A stretch of DNA of 64,000 nucleotides from Lingula anatina (GCA_051362555.1 CM120640.1:62164788-62228787), one strand, 5' to 3'; shown: positions 23,689 to 39,215, numbered from the stretch's first letter. Notes: generated from the sequence alone by a model not told the origin. Numbers and translations: made by a program.

Positions 23689-26600
23689 TCGCCTGCAATA
23701 CGGCTGTTGTAGAGAGCGTAACGTACTGTTTGCATGTGTAACCGTGCGGGGAGACTTGTGTCCGAATTGCACGATATATTTTATTTATGCATTTGATTAC
23801 TACTGTGATAGCTGCACTCAATGTTATCGTTGTTAACATACAAACTAGGACAAATCAAATAGACAAATCCTGAAAATCGCTATAGTATACATCCTGGGCA
23901 GTTTCTGTACCTGTAGCATGCAACGCCCAACGCAGCGAGCTGATGATTTCTGAAAGCAGTTAACTTGCAGGTAAGGTTGAATGAAAATGCGTGCCCTCGA
24001 AGCTTCAAAGATCTCGTGTTTTAATATTGCAAATGGGTTCTTTGCTTTCTATCTGTCATCGCACAGTATCTCTTGAAAGTGTTTTTCAGAAGGAGCATTG
24101 ATGATTCCCTCCCTATGCCCAAGCTGTTTAAGCGAAGAAAGGTCGATCCATTACTTCACTGTAATCGACGTGTTAGGGATGATTAAGCAGCCATCAGTCG
24201 GGTGCGGTTCTCGGGAAACCGCCCGTTTAATTTTATAAGTGTAGACAGCTAAAGTAAAAGTACCTGTTTTAAGAAAAAGTACATGATCCCTATCAGTGGC
24301 TAAAACACCCTGTTATATTGAATCATGCAACCTTAATCAAGAGATAGTAGACTCCACATAATGGGACTTACTTAAAAGGACCTAGAACGCGCGTCAGGTG
24401 CTTCCCCCTGATTAACTGTCGTTTAAATGACAAGCAGATTCATGAACGTCCGACGTGGGAATGGTTTATGTTGTACACTTTCAGTCCAGACACTTTTATG
24501 TTGCCGTTTTATCTAGATACTGAGGTGCGAAGTCCTCCATCATATTTAAGCTTCTTCATCAGTCTTGAGTGCAGAGTTCCTGGAGAGCTTTAAGCACAAT
24601 TACAGATAGATTACACTGTGTGAAAACATTTTACCATGTTGGATATGATACATTACGTGCTATTGAGATTTGTTTTGTGATTTAGTCTTTTCCCCTCTTT
24701 TTAACATTTGATTGACGATGCAGAGCCATCCGATGAACCATTAATTTGTCTGCTTTATTTCTCGAGTTTCATATATTTTAATGGATATAGTTTATGGTGC
24801 AGGTTCTGTAATATATCAACAGCTGATCTTACCTGACATAAGCATCTTTCAGATCCCTGATGCTTTCACACTTATTTTGCAGCCTGAAAATTTCTGATAT
24901 TGCGGTGGATACATGAAATCCCTGTGAAGGGTTTCAAAATCAAACTATTTTTTTCTTATTCTTGATATCAAAACAAAAGTGTAGATCTTCGTGTATGCCA
25001 GACTATACACTATTATTACTAGTTCCTTATACTTTTTAAAAAGTACACATGTGAATACATTTGAAATGAAAAAATCACAAGAAGCATGAAGTGTAATTAA
25101 ATGTAGCTGTATAAACTTGAAGTATTTTAAACCCGAATATTTAATGATGCCATGTCCCGAAGACACGTTTTTCGACTCTTTTTCCGCAACGGCTCAAAAA
25201 TTCATAAATTAACATACAGCATCCAAAATTGTTTTCTGGGAGATTTTTTTTCGTTGGAACCTAGTGATTTCCATTGGTAAATCGCAACATCTTGAACATT
25301 TATGCGTTTTCTCAAGTTTTTATGTTTCTTTTCCAATTGAAATGCTTAAAACATGTTAATATGATGCCATATACTTCCCGTCAGGCACAAAATCCATTTT
25401 GTTTTGATGCAAAATTATCGCTTTTTCTTTTAAACCTCTAAAATTATTTGCTGATAAAAACATTTGTCTCTTACAATTTAGTGTTCTGCCACATGCTGTT
25501 CTCTCATCATAGTCTTCACTTTTGCTGCGATGATGTGCAAGTATTATGAACTATGTATCTGGTGTTAATATCGTTACTGCTGAGCAAGTCAACACCAGTC
25601 TTGGCTTCGTTGACGGATGCCTGCATTAGCGGTGAATCCAGCTGTGGCGACCGAAGAATTCCGCTCACATAGAGTTGGTGAAAGGATTTACGCTTTCAAT
25701 AATTTTACCGACTTTTCAATTTTGTGCTCCAGGAGATTTTCGGCAAGTTCATTTGTAAGCTGCTCGGTATTTGCCAACATTGAGTGCATTGGTGTGATAT
25801 ACTCGAGTTTATGTCTGTGTGTGTATTTACATTTATTGTCTTCAACATCTGTAATTTGCTATCGTTTTTTATTTGGCTTCCCGAGTCATTCGGTTTTCAA
25901 TTACATATTGTTATAATTACTACAGTATATCAATACCTCATTGCACCCCATCCCAAAATAGATAATCATTATTAATAATTATCTATAGCGTCGACATAAT
26001 GTAAGTTTTGGGCAATTTCCCATACATATTTTAAGTTTATTAACCGTCCAGTTTCATTTACCCGCCTTCCAAAACAGTATTACACATTTGTGCGAAATTG
26101 CGAGCCAAACATGCCACAGTGAAGCCGTTTCATTAACGCTCTGGACTAAACACTTCAGAATCAAAATACACAATGAAATACAGAAATTGACAAAAATAAG
26201 CAAAAGCTGGTGGCGTGGATTTATTTATCGAGTATTTTTACATTTGAGGTCTCAATAGCACTTCAGTCTCTGTATGCTGTAGATGAAATAACCCCCTCCC
26301 CCGGAAAATGATATGTACATTTTGACTAAAGACCAACTATCTGTATTTGGTCTTATAAACCTATTAACATTTACCTGAAATGCAGTAAATGTGTACTTCT
26401 CAACAAAACTGCTGTCGCATTACTAATTGATTATATGCAGCATAAAACGATCTCCATAAAAAGGCTACAGACGTCCATTCTAATATATTTCATGCAACCA
26501 ATCGGTACTAAGAGTTAAACGTACTTAATTAGGAACCAATTTGTTCACTTATTATATAAACAGATCAGCATTTTTGAACGTGCTTCTGTGTGCAACGCTA

Positions 26601-29091
26601 TACAGGTTGTTTTGGTGTTAACCATTTTACTAATTTGTTTCCATTTCTAGCTATCATCTTCAAGAATGGCAGTGCAAATCTGCGAAAGAGGCAGGTTAGA
26701 GGAGTATCTTATGGTATTGTAACCCATCTAATTAATCAACAATGCCTCTATGTTTGGGCTGATTTAAAACAATAAAAATAACCCACGAAAATATAAAATA
26801 TCGACGTTTATATTTCTCGTTGCAATGTATAAGCATAGGCAACTCAAAGCTTTAATCGTCAATTTAACACCTTTCAGTTTTGAGGTGAGTAAGCAAGTGG
26901 TATGGCGCATAACTTCATCCCTGAACAAAATTTTGTCAAGACAATTGGCAGAGTTGACCACAAGTGAATGGGCTACAATCCCGTGTCGTCGTTTTGGTTT
27001 GATGTTTTTTTAATCGAGTTAAGAGCCCCTAATTACAGATTTTCATTAAACAAAGCCATTGTTTTGCTTTATCAACGATAAAATCTATTACTTCTAAGAA
27101 AAATCGCTGGCAGGGTTTTGGAGTACTAAATGGTGTCATTAAATCGGTGTTGAAACGGTGATCGTGGGTGCTCAGATAAAGGAATAATATGAGAAACCGA
27201 TTTTTCAATTTTTACCCCAAAATCGCAATTATGACGTCACCCGTAAGATAACATATGTATAAATGTTAATTAATTTAGTCACTGATCATTGAAGATTTAT
27301 CTATTACCCAAAAGAATGTATGTAAGGCAGTAAATAAGGAGATTGCATCGAAGGGTGACAATATCCTAAACTAATTTTGATGACGGTTTACCGATGTAAC
27401 GGACCAAACGAGAATATACAGTACATATATATATATACAAAAAGCTTTACAAGATTTATGCACTGTGTTAAAAGTATTATATATGTTTCGGTCCTTATTC
27501 AAAAACTTAATGAATTTTACTTTTCCAGGGTATAGGCTTAGATGACGTTATATAAGTGAGTATCATATACGCTATAGAAACTTGTTTTTGTTGACTTCAA
27601 TGACTCTTTGTCAAAATGTGTGTGGCCTTAAATTTCTGAGAAAGCAGAACGCTGGGAAACCTGCTGCGGTTTTGACTGATGGTATTAAGAAAAAGAGTCG
27701 CATCATACACGCAAAACTTCATTTACTTGAACTGCACGTGGCGAGTGCGTAACCTCGCATAACGCCGTTGCCGTTACAGGTGTCTTCATCGTAAACAAAG
27801 CGACACTTGTTACATTTTATAATCAGTCGCAAGCAGATAGAGGAGAATCTCAATATTAATTCTGTAGCTCGGAGTAGAATAAGCTACCAAGTTTTTGTTC
27901 GTCAATTTACAATCTACAAATTTTAAGATACACGTTACATTCTAAATAACTCGCAGAATAGTATTAATCTTTAATAACTTGTTGCCGTTTTTATTTTCCT
28001 GTGATCATAGACAATGAATAACCCTGTCTGTCTGTAGCAGTATTTACCAGCAGATGAGATATGTGTTGATTTATTGCGATCAATGATAGGAGTAGTGAGA
28101 TAACGGTTAAGTGAAAAAGGTAGAAATGTGTTTTGAGTGAGACTTGTTGACCCAGGAGACAGGAGCCAATTAATAACATTTTGGAGAAATATTCATATCT
28201 CTGTAACGAGACGCCATTTTAGCTCTTAGGTTGATTCGCTTGATTTATGTAACCTCTGCTTAAAAGTACCACAAGATCAATAGCTTTACTCCGATAACAA
28301 CCTGCATAATGATTTCTGGAAATATTGGAATAATTGAATAATTTTGTATTTTTGAAGGAAGAGCTTAACATGCTCCACCATTCTGATGTAAAAAGCGACC
28401 TTTTTCAATCTTTTGATTCTTTAAATGAAAGAAGATAATGAGCAGTCTTACCCAATATAATACCGAGCTGTTTGCATAACTATCACGTTTTCTTTACATC
28501 TCTGATAATCTGTACTTCATCTGTGACGCTAGACACAAATGCTAATAGGTAAGTGATTATAACAAATCTAGATCTTAACTGCGTCAAGATTATTACTGTC
28601 ATGGACATACCTGTGATGTTAAGAAGTAAAAGCATCAGCATTTAATTTACAGGCAGCAATATCCTCATAATTATGAGGATAATAGAGGGCGATGCAAAGA
28701 AACTGGAGACCCTGTCCTATAAACAACCATTATCTCTCTGGGATTTCTTTGCGCGGAGCAGATCGTTAGAGCAGAGTATACACACCGTCGCCAGTCTATG
28801 ACAGATTGCCAATTTAACTCCTCTTCGAGGAACAAATCCCATAGGTAAATTTTTCTTTTTTTTTTCTCAAGTCTTTCTAAGTTGCAGTCTTGTATCGAGC
28901 GAGTATTGAGTCGCATGAGACAATTTTGGTCACATGCAATTCAAATGACATATATACTGGTACAGTAGGGAAAAGTACAGAATTAGCCGGAGACTTATGA
29001 TACGTAGGAATATCTGGTGAAAATTATTCTAAGGTTCCGGTAGAAGGTATCATCTCGTAAGGATTTGAGACCAGGCTTACTTGTGACACTA

Positions 29092-29125
<34 letters not shown>

Positions 29126-32100
29126 GGGGGGGGGAGTGGGGCATAACACAAAGCACAGAGGAACATTCAGTGTATAGGCAACAAACTTACACGTTGAGTG
29201 CATAACCTGGTGTCATTTTCTTTTTTTTCTACCATGTTGTTATTGCATTACTAAATCTAAATGAACTTGATTTTAATCGACCCACTGGGACGATATAGCA
29301 AATTGGTTGTGTAAGAAAATAACACTTTGACGTGACTTTTTGAAGACGAAAACAAGATGAACTGATACAGTATCGTCATGTATATACATATTACAATCAT
29401 GAGGAAATAAATATTATAGATATTGGTATTTTAAGACGAGTTTTCAGTCAATGTCGGTCTACCCTAGAACTCGGTGGGGTCGACCTACATGTGCATGTTA
29501 CTTATTTCGTATACAAGATTTATTTCAGCAGTATTTGTGATTACAATTTCAAACTATAGGAGCCCTTTACAAGGTACATAAGTAGGGCAACTTACCTCAA
29601 AGAAAATTGCATCTGGCAAAACAATGAAATAGGATGCACTATAAAAAACGCATTGATGATAATTTATTGAGCTGTAATATGGAAAATATACATAAGAAAT
29701 TGGTGTCGATCGTGATGTTGGGTTGTTGCTGGATTAGATTGTCAGTCCAGTAGATTTACTACACTGTACCTGTCTTTTTGTCTTCTGTGCTATCACGCTA
29801 TGTACAGTCAGACCAGCGGCTCTCATAAGGGATTAGATTGGCTTTCGAGAGCTAAAACTGGTAACCAGACGATCTTGACTGGGCAAGCACCTTTAGATTG
29901 AATCACTCTTATTCAGTCTTGGTGTTATGATCTGTATTAACACGATAAATAAATCATACTGTGGTTAAACAAGACGTGGGTTTACGGTTTGTATTGTGTG
30001 AGGCACTGTGTTATCGCTCACTTCTTATCATGTAAATAGGCAAAGTAGCACTTATTGGTTGTCATTTTTATTGCTAAATCTTTGAGTGCTCAGGAACCGA
30101 CTCCTCCTTCCTTTTACACTCTACTGTGTGTCTCTGTCTCCCACATCTTTCAGCTGTAAAGACGGATCTAAGGGGGGGGGGGGGGTTTGCTGAGCCCTAG
30201 TCTTTTCTAAAGGGGGTGAGATGTAATAGAAATAGGTTTGGCATCTCTTGACAGACTTGCAGAAAATAAAGTTATTGATTATTTGCCAACTGCGTTGTTT
30301 GGTACTCTTCAGTATCATCATTATCAAATGAGCAATCAATTAAATCAATTACCGAGCACTGTAACTGACTTAGTGTTAGGCCTTCGATATAAATTGGAGA
30401 GGTTTCTTCTCGAAGTCTCTATTTCCGATTGATTTACATTGGCCTTTCGTGACATGAGTCGAAAATATTGTAATGTGCCCACGTAATTAGCGTTGTGTCC
30501 AACGACGTGCTATAAATGAAAAATATTTTTTTTAAACAAAATCCATTACTTTTCTTTTGTACGCCTAGCTTGAGTTGGGATCGTCTATCAATTCTCATGG
30601 GACCGTTTTTAGAAGTCATATTTCAGTTTTTTTTTAACATAAGGCATAATGAAAAAAGAGATTCAAACTTTTCCATTTTTATGTAAAATAAATGTGATAT
30701 TTGCATACTGTAAATGCGGAAAGTACTCGTAGTTCATAGCAGTGGAAAATAAACAACAAAATGCTTTATTTGTTGAATAATTTAAACTATTTTCCTTTGG
30801 CAATGATTTTTAGTGGTATGGTAAGTAGGCTTTCTTACAGAACCGACAATGCCTCGATATCGTTGCCACCACTGTATACAGAACAGAAATAACTTCTATC
30901 AAGCATTGCTATTCAAACCAGAGACCGTTTCTATATTAGAAGTATTTATTTATTAATGAATGCTGACAGCCAAAGAAGATTGAATATGATGAAATCCCGA
31001 CCAGCTACAATATGTACAATTATGGACGAAGACTTGGGATAGAAACCTATAGAATATCGAAATAGAGGTGACTTCCCCTTATTAATTCAAAAATACCTCA
31101 CTCGACGAGCGCCATAAAAGATTAATTAGGAATCTAGCAGATGGTGCGCAATCACAGCGCCGGTATGGCGTATGAGGACAAGTAGGCCTATCACTCGCAG
31201 TTCATAACGTTTGACCATGTCACTGACTCTTGGAGAAACTTACAGAACTTACAAAGCTTTGTTCCATACAAATCTTAAGAAAAAAGGGGAAAAACACAGA
31301 GAGGGAGAGATATGTAGAGATATAGTAATATATGGTAATTACAAAATAAGGCCAAAAAGAAAAAAAGAAAGAGGAAAATGATTAAAACCGATGCTTGAGC
31401 CACGCTACAAAGGCTTACCGGTACCTAAGTCAATAGTCGATATATAGCAAATGTTGCGGTAGCTGTATCAACTCGTGTTCGAGTTTATCTTCCCAGTAAT
31501 GTAAACGTTGCATGTTCAAAGAAGCTTCGCTTTTCAATATCAGGACGAAATCAAGTAGATACGATACACTTGACCATAAGATCCCGCCATGGTAACAAAG
31601 AAACGAACAGGTAGAAAATTAAAATAACCATTTTATGTTGTCCTCCAAATAAACATGCAATAAATCAGAGAGTAAATAAACGATGCATCAGTATCTTAAA
31701 CGAGTCGCCTTTCATCGTCCCAATATAAGGCAAAATAAGGTGTTTTTGCATTGCACGTTCTTCCTTACATTTTACTTTCTTTGGCTGCAAGACAATGCGA
31801 CAGAAGATTGGATCATTGCGTGAGGTGTAAAAGGTCGGTTAGGGTTGTTGACCTACGAAGACTTGGCAAGTCTTCTCCAAGGGAAAATATCGCATGGCGC
31901 CCCATGTTTATTATCTTTAGGAGCCCACATTGGACAAATCCGGCAATAACGTTACAGGCACTGGTTCAGTCTGAACTCATAACTCACACGGAGAGAGGAT
32001 GTAGCATGTATCGGTGAGTGAGTATAATGATGATTTAAAGGCGATTTCCATCAGATCAATGGTTCAGAGATAACCTTTGATATAGATATGTGTCTTTTAA

Positions 32101-35100
32101 TGATTTCATCGAATTTGGAGTTTCTATTTGATTTCTGGCTTTTCGCCCCATAGCTGTAAGCACTGACGGGTGACGCCTGGGTTCACTGCCTGTCAGTAAT
32201 GCAATATAAGGGATTGGTCAAAAAGTCAAAGATAAAGAAAAAAGGAAAAAAGAGGCACTTGTGAATTATTGACCTTTTTTCAATTATGGTCTTACAGGTG
32301 CGTATTCAGTATTTATTTGTCTTGTCTAATTTTAAACGTGTGCATAAAGACGCGATTTTATCTTTTGTCCTTAGACTATCTGAAGTCCTTTAATAAGATT
32401 GGGACACATTTAGAAAGCTGATTAACAGCTAAATTTAGATACAATTTATTTTCAATTAAGGTAATCAACTCTTCGTGCAAAATATCGTGCGAAGCTTTTG
32501 CTTTCCTGCTATTTGATCCAGCTAGTGGAAGTTAGCTTCAACTGAAGACTGATCGTCTTTCATATTTCACGTCTTTTCGTTTCTGGTGACAAGTTGTTGA
32601 AATCATTTGGTTTCAGTAAATGTTTTTTTATATGTCACTTCTGATCAAATGTGTCTGCATTTGTCAAATAATTAGAAGTTTCGTAAATTTTAGATTGGCA
32701 TGTACTATCATCGGTATACATGTACATTGTTATAAACATGCCACTGCTTTGATATTAGAATCTGTCTGACAGTTTATTTGTGTTTATCTGAGGTCACTAT
32801 TCAGCTTTCCCCGTTTTTGCAATGCCGACGGGATTCTGCATTACATTTCTGCCAAGATTAACAGCAAATGATGAGGAATGTTAATCAGTGTTGCTTTTAA
32901 GAAAAAAAAACGAAATGGTATCATTTTGCGAACATTTTACATGTTAACGTGGAAGGATGCTAACGAGTTCGCTTTTGTATAGCGTTCTATGCATACTACA
33001 TATAAAGTAGACTATCTCTGCCTCTGTCCCGACTTCTATGGTTAAATGGATACTATACTAAGGTATTTAAATGTCCCATATTTTCAATTTAAGCATCCTG
33101 CAAAGTTACTTATCTTTCCCAATTCAGAGCTTGACTACAATAAAATCCCTCAAATAAAAGCATCTGGAGTCGATACTTCCTTCCGAAATGTACAGGAAGA
33201 AATAGAAGTCTAAGTAACTAGACATGGCCAGTCATTTAGAAATGAATTTTTTAATTAGAAATTGAATAAAACATTCCAAGTGCAAGGGTAGGTCGAGTAA
33301 TGATTCGTGAGCAGGACAAAAATTGCTTTTTTCGAGGAAATTTCGATTTGGTGGTAAAGTCCTGGATATTATTACTTTCAATTGAGGACTCTTTATTTAC
33401 ACAGGTTCCCTGGAAACGCATAGTCATGTATTACATTCTTTTTATCATTACCTTCTTATTAAAGTTTAATCTAAGTGCAACATTAGTTACTGATACTTGT
33501 CAGTAGGTCTACCCATCTAGCGTAAAGCATAATAATTTGTATAATACTGTAATGTCTGTAATGGCATTCATCATCCAGCGATTCAAACAGAAGTGCCAGA
33601 AAGGCAAACGCCTTACGCATATTGCGCACTTAACTTCTCTGCATGGACAGGATATTTGTATCCTACCTTTTCTTTAACTATCCATACCTTTTTACTTTCA
33701 GATATAACACTAATGTAAACGGCACGGAAGTATATATGTGACCATCTGCACTGATATATGAACGCATTGTGAAATGTTTGGTAACATAATCTCCGTAGCT
33801 GCTCACAATACAGGTAAGTTAGGCTGCCTGCATGTTTAATCTTCTTCATTTAAATAAGTCAGTGCTATTTGACTGAGATGCCAAACCATGTATGCTTATT
33901 TTTAAATATCAAAACGGGTCGAGAAAACCACATTTATGTCATGCCATGCGAAAAAATCTCTTACGGATTGCAGTTGAATGTTTCTTTGTTCACATGAAAA
34001 AAATATTTTCATATTTTCATGTCATTTAAATCATTGAAGTACACAAGAGATAAAAAACTGATAGCATGGCAACAATAACAAAACGTATTTCAGGCCATAT
34101 ATGCTGGAGCCAAATGATTTACAAAAAAAGTTCAGAATTACAAAAGATTCATTATCGATTCCTGACAAAACGCATGCCATAAAAGACAAAATCTTCACCC
34201 TCGCAATGTACACAAATACATTGTATATGCAGAGACACCCAGCTCTCAGCGTTTTCCTTTCCGTCTCTTACAAATGGATTAGTAATTATTTTTAGTCGTT
34301 GTTACCCATAGTTCCTGATGCACGGTTTTTACATAGCGTCACACTTAGCCGGTGAATCCTCAATGGTGCCCTCCAAAAAAAGGTAGATCGAGCTAACATT
34401 TATAGAAATGCCATAAGTTGACATTTAAAAGTAATGAAGAATGCGTAGGGACACTTATCAACGAGTGGTGGCTTTAAAATCAGATTCGGTTCGGAATTGC
34501 GTTCAAATGATTATCGATAACTTTGTGTTGCTGTAAAGATCACCGTTATTGAGCTGAGTTACTATGAAGAAGATAGCATCATGAAGTCTGAAGAGTCAGA
34601 TTAGTGTGCAATTGTAACAGAACAAAAGGTTTGTGATTTACATCAGTCAGCTGGTTTTCATTCTTTATATAACATTCGGCATACTTTATACACTTATGTA
34701 ACGTTTTAGATCTGTGTAGAACATTCCTTTTTTAATTTAGTCCATTTGTTCATGTACATGCCACATATATTTGTCGTATGTCCTTTGAAAATCTGAGAAG
34801 GAAACATAGCAGGATGTTTTTGAAGTTGCTCTAGAATGTGCTATAAGGTCTTTTGGAAAAAATGTATAATCAAGAAAACGTGGTACGTACCGGGTTCACA
34901 TACCTGTACTGTCAAAATGGGTGGTTGATTTAACTGCTCTGTCGTCTTTAAGTTGATATCAAAGAAGGTTAGCGTGCACAAGGTTTTTCTCGGATAAAAA
35001 GAAAATGATTTTTGTGTTAGCAACATCCTGCTCTTTGTAACACTCGCTAGGTTGTAGCATGTACACATTTGGCAAACTACACTGTTTTTTATTTGAAATG

Positions 35101-35710
35101 GGCCTTCGCTTTATGCGCAGTTGCTTCATGAACTCTTTTCGTCACGGCATTCCAGCACATTAACATGCATTGTAAAGGTGTTTGTGTTGTGTGCAAAGAC
35201 ACTGAAGCCAAGAAAAAGCCATGTTTATTCACATACATCAAACCAGGCTCCTTGGCACATATGCGGAGGGATTTAGAACGTTTGTATGGCACTACTTTGC
35301 AAAACTTCCTGTTATTTTCAAACAGCTTTGTGCACCTTGATGTACTGGTGCTTATTTGACTCTGAGACTCTCTCAGGTACACATCTCTCTATTACATCTC
35401 GATGTCATGACCAGGTCCACGGGTCACGAGAACAGTTATTCTGATGCCGTACATAACAAGTGCTCGAATGTCAAATGATGTTTGCCGGCAGCCATGACGT
35501 TTTGCACTGCGCTAACACGAAAACGTGCTTAAATTGGCATGTAACACATTGCGTTAATACTAGAAACTAAGCTGTCGTTTTAAAAAACGTTTTGCATGCT
35601 ATAGAAGCATTAAATTCCAAGCAACATGTTGGAGGGGCCGGGCATCTTTACTGAAGAAAAGGCATGTGCATTTACTTGACATTGGCTCGTTGTCAGTACT
35701 TACTGGTGTT

Positions 35711-36067
35711 CAGGGCCTGATTTCTGCATAAGCAGCAGACTATAAAGGGACTAAGCAAGTGGTTAGAACACCACAGCTGGGGGGAGGGGGCACCAAGCTG
35801 TCAAAGTAAGAAGTATATTTAAAAGGAAAAAAGGGTTTAATAAGATCTGAGAAAAAAAAACCTTTGGACTACAGAGGAAAAAAAACCTTTGGACTACAGA
35901 GAAAAAAAAACAGAAGAATATATGGAAAGGATATACATACTTGTAAAAATGGGGTTTTGATTGCAGCATGCTATCTGTTCCGGCATGGGGGTGGGTGGGG
36001 GGTGTTGGTGGGGGACAACGTGGTGCTGGGAGTGCTTAGGGCACCAAGAGGCCCAAATCTGGCCCTG
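35711..36067. mobile_element. Non-autonomous DNA transposon, hAT-like termini
   Basis: Left CAGGGCCTGATTT and right AAATCTGGCCCTG form a 12/13 inverted match. Flanks CTGGTGTT and TTGATATT could be a decayed 8-bp target-site duplication (5/8, all transitions). Internal tandem duplication of AAAAAAACCTTTGGACTACAGAG at about 35850-35905. Confidence 0.6.
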
Positions 36068-36962
36068 TTGATATTGTGTGAAGTTTTTTTCTTATCTGCA
36101 TCATGACACTTTAAAGTGTTAAAGCGTCGCTCTTAGCACGGTGCAGCGAATCGTTTTAAGACAATTAGATGAAGAGACGTTGCAAAATGTGCAGTTTGAT
36201 GTCAACGTTTCACCGGAAATTATTTTGATAGTGAAAATGGGATATGCAAATCATACGTGGGAAGTAATTGAGAGAGGAAGCAAAAATACAGAAAACACTA
36301 ATAAAAGGGCATTTTAAAGGAGTGTTGAAAATGAGAAATGAAAACTGCTTTCACGTTTTTAATCCTTGAGCCTTGAGTTTGCCATACTAATTCAGGCAAA
36401 AGAGGACCAACAGTGTCATAATGCTCGTTATATGCATAAAAAGAAATTTGCATCCTGGTGCGTGAATAACGTTTGAGTTAGGTACAGTAATCTCGTGTTT
36501 GTATCATTGACATCTGAAATAAAGCACTTGCTGCTGGTAGGGCGGGGTTATATAAGGTGTGACAGCACATAAAAAGCTACCAGATTGAAAATGCTAACAC
36601 ACATATTTGGACACTAGAGACATAGGCCTTATTAAAAGTCACTATCAGAATGCATCACTATTTTGATACCAACAGAGTGTACGGCCTATGGCCTACTGCT
36701 GATTCAACTAGGTTCGCAGTAGCCAATCCTCGTCCACGTTATTTAATGGATATTTTTCACTTCAGCTACGTAGTTTTATGCTAAAACTATCAGATTGTGT
36801 ACAGAGCATATTGCTTAAACTAATATTGTAAGAAAGATATAATAACTTTTGTCATATAATAGGAGGACTATTTGTGTATCAGTTCCTCATTTCCGCCATA
36901 GCTCATCACGCAAAGCGGCTTGTTATTTAGGGTGGCAACAAAGTTCCTGTACATCTCAGTCC

Positions 36963-37003
<41 letters not shown>

Positions 37004-38182
37004 AAACGTTTAGGTGGTATCACATCTGTTTCACTTACGCGTCTTTTATTTGACTTTTATGTCTGAAGATTGAAAGAGTCGGACAAACTGTTAAAGAAAA
37101 TAAATACTTTATTACGTGATCTTAAAGAACGCAGTCGTAGGGCAAACACACACACACACACACACACACGATATAATTTGTGCACTATTGTAAATACATG
37201 TATATTACACCAAACTGTTACGCGACACATTTGGCATTGGGCAGGTACCTTGGTTCATTTCCCAGCAGGCACGCCATCTGCGTGTGGCAGGCATCCCGAA
37301 TGACAGTGATTTGCGTCCATATGAACGCAATAGTTGACATAAAGATAGTTTAATTCAAAAGGTCTAAAGGAGGAAAAGTTTTTTCTTTAGTCTAATTATC
37401 TTTTCCCTTGTGCCAAGACGAGAGACATCTCTGTGGGACACAAAATTAAATTATGAGCCAAGGGCGATGTCACCAAATACAGTCGCTACAGGTTAACATT
37501 TAAGTCAGCTTTGCCAAATAAAGGTGATGGTTACAGCATGCAGCTTAAATTGACTGCATGAGTTCAAAAATTGAATAAAACATTAATTCTGATCACGTTG
37601 AAATCTCCCCATTGACAATTCATAATAACAACGTACCATGTAAATAAAAAAATCAAAGTATTGCTGCCCTTTGTTCTAGGAATGGCAAAGCTACAATGGA
37701 AAATGTAACTTTGACCGTGACTTGTAGGGGGTCGAGTTTGAGATTTTGCAGAGCGATTGATATCTTTCAACAGAAGAGCAAACTTTGAAGTTAAGGTTAT
37801 ACAATCTCAGACCGGGTGAAATAAACTAAAACATTCCACTGTTCAAAGAAACTGCGAACCAATCCAAGACAGCGGTCACACACGGTAGATGGATTGATCT
37901 GACTTCACCCAAGCGAATCAATCAGGGTTTAGTTTTTGAGTAATGTTACCACTAAATGTAATGGTTTTTTGATGCCTAGACATTTACAGCTCAATCAAGA
38001 TGTACCTTGTTTTTCGTTTAATGTTTATACCACTGGGAAGTAAACTTCTGAATGAAATATATCTGAACTCCTATTTCCCCCGCAGGTCAGGGGCTTGATA
38101 TTTAATGTGTTTTCGCAATCATCTGTTAGGATTGAATCAGGTTTTATCCCTCGCGGTTTCTTAATACCTGAAGGGATTCTTA

Positions 38183-38429
38183 CGGCTCATTTCTATTGAA
38201 ACTATCAGTCTAGGTAGATAGATCTAACTCCGCGGGGACTCTCGCTGAGTGCTATGAGTTGAAATGCCTCCTCCTGGCGTCGAGTTGAATGCAGAAAAGC
38301 TGGTGATTATACTTGTACGTTGTAAACAACAGGAGGCGTATCAATCTGTAAAACTGATTGCATTCAGCAAAAGTCCCCACAGAGTTAGATCGATCTACGT
38401 AGATCGGTAGTTTCAATGGGAATGAACCC
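38183..38429. mobile_element. Tourist-like (PIF/Harbinger) MITE, 247 bp
   Basis: Long imperfect terminal inverted repeats: CGGCTCATTTCTATTGAAACTATCAGTCTAGGTAGATAGATCTAACTCCGCGGGGACT versus the reverse complement of the right end GGGTTCATTCCCATTGAAACTACCGATCTACGTAGATCGATCTAACTCTGTGGGGACT. TTA on both flanks (38180-38182, 38430-38432). Confidence 0.85.
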
Positions 38430-39215
38430 TTAGTCTCATGCAGTAGGACTATTTTTGCCAGTAATGGTACACACTATCCTTTCCTGATCCTCAAAAAATT
38501 ATCTTTGAGACATATGCAATTTTTGAGAAGCATGTCATAAATTATACGGTCCAGAGACGAACAAGCGCCCTCTAAAACGCAAAATATGAGTTAGGAATCT
38601 CACTAAAAAATATCAAAGTAAACGTTACTATACGAAAATAAACTGCATGAGTAACTTTAAGCATAAGCATAAGCAATTATACACAAGAGAATGATACATG
38701 TTACTACTATAACCCGCAGTTCTTCGCCGCCCGCGATGAATTAAAAGTATGCAAAGTAAATCATCAAATGACAAAATCTGGAGCTTTCCCGAAAGGCATT
38801 AAGTTACAGATAGAAAAAAACTACGAGCCAACAATATTAAAGAAAAAAACTGGCAGGAATGCCTGGTAAAAAGGTTTCCACTCATTAGTAAAACGTCTTG
38901 CCACGCAACCGAAAAAAAAAAGCAATTTGCTAGAAATACGGAAAAAAAGGGTGACTGATAGAAAATTAAGCAACTATTTCCTCATCCTAAATAAAATGAT
39001 TGCCATTAATGCGAAACTAATTATTTCATCGAGAAGGTGAACGTGAACGCGATGAGACGATATTGCAGATTGATGCGTCTGGGAATAATAAATGTTTATC
39101 ATTTGACAAATCCAGAATATTACTGAGAATTAGGCGCATGACTATGGTTAAAAAGATCCAATACCTTTTCCAATATGTTTTCTTCTTTTGATTTAGTCGG
39201 GAGGGAAGTTGAATC

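Noticed and set aside
25253-25275. TGGAACCTAGTGATTT resembling miR-7
   Set aside because: Seed mismatch, divergent 3' half and no precursor hairpin.
33561-33677. Short ORF containing KGKR (possible neuropeptide cleavage site)
   Set aside because: No signal peptide, no recognisable peptide and no supporting splice sites.
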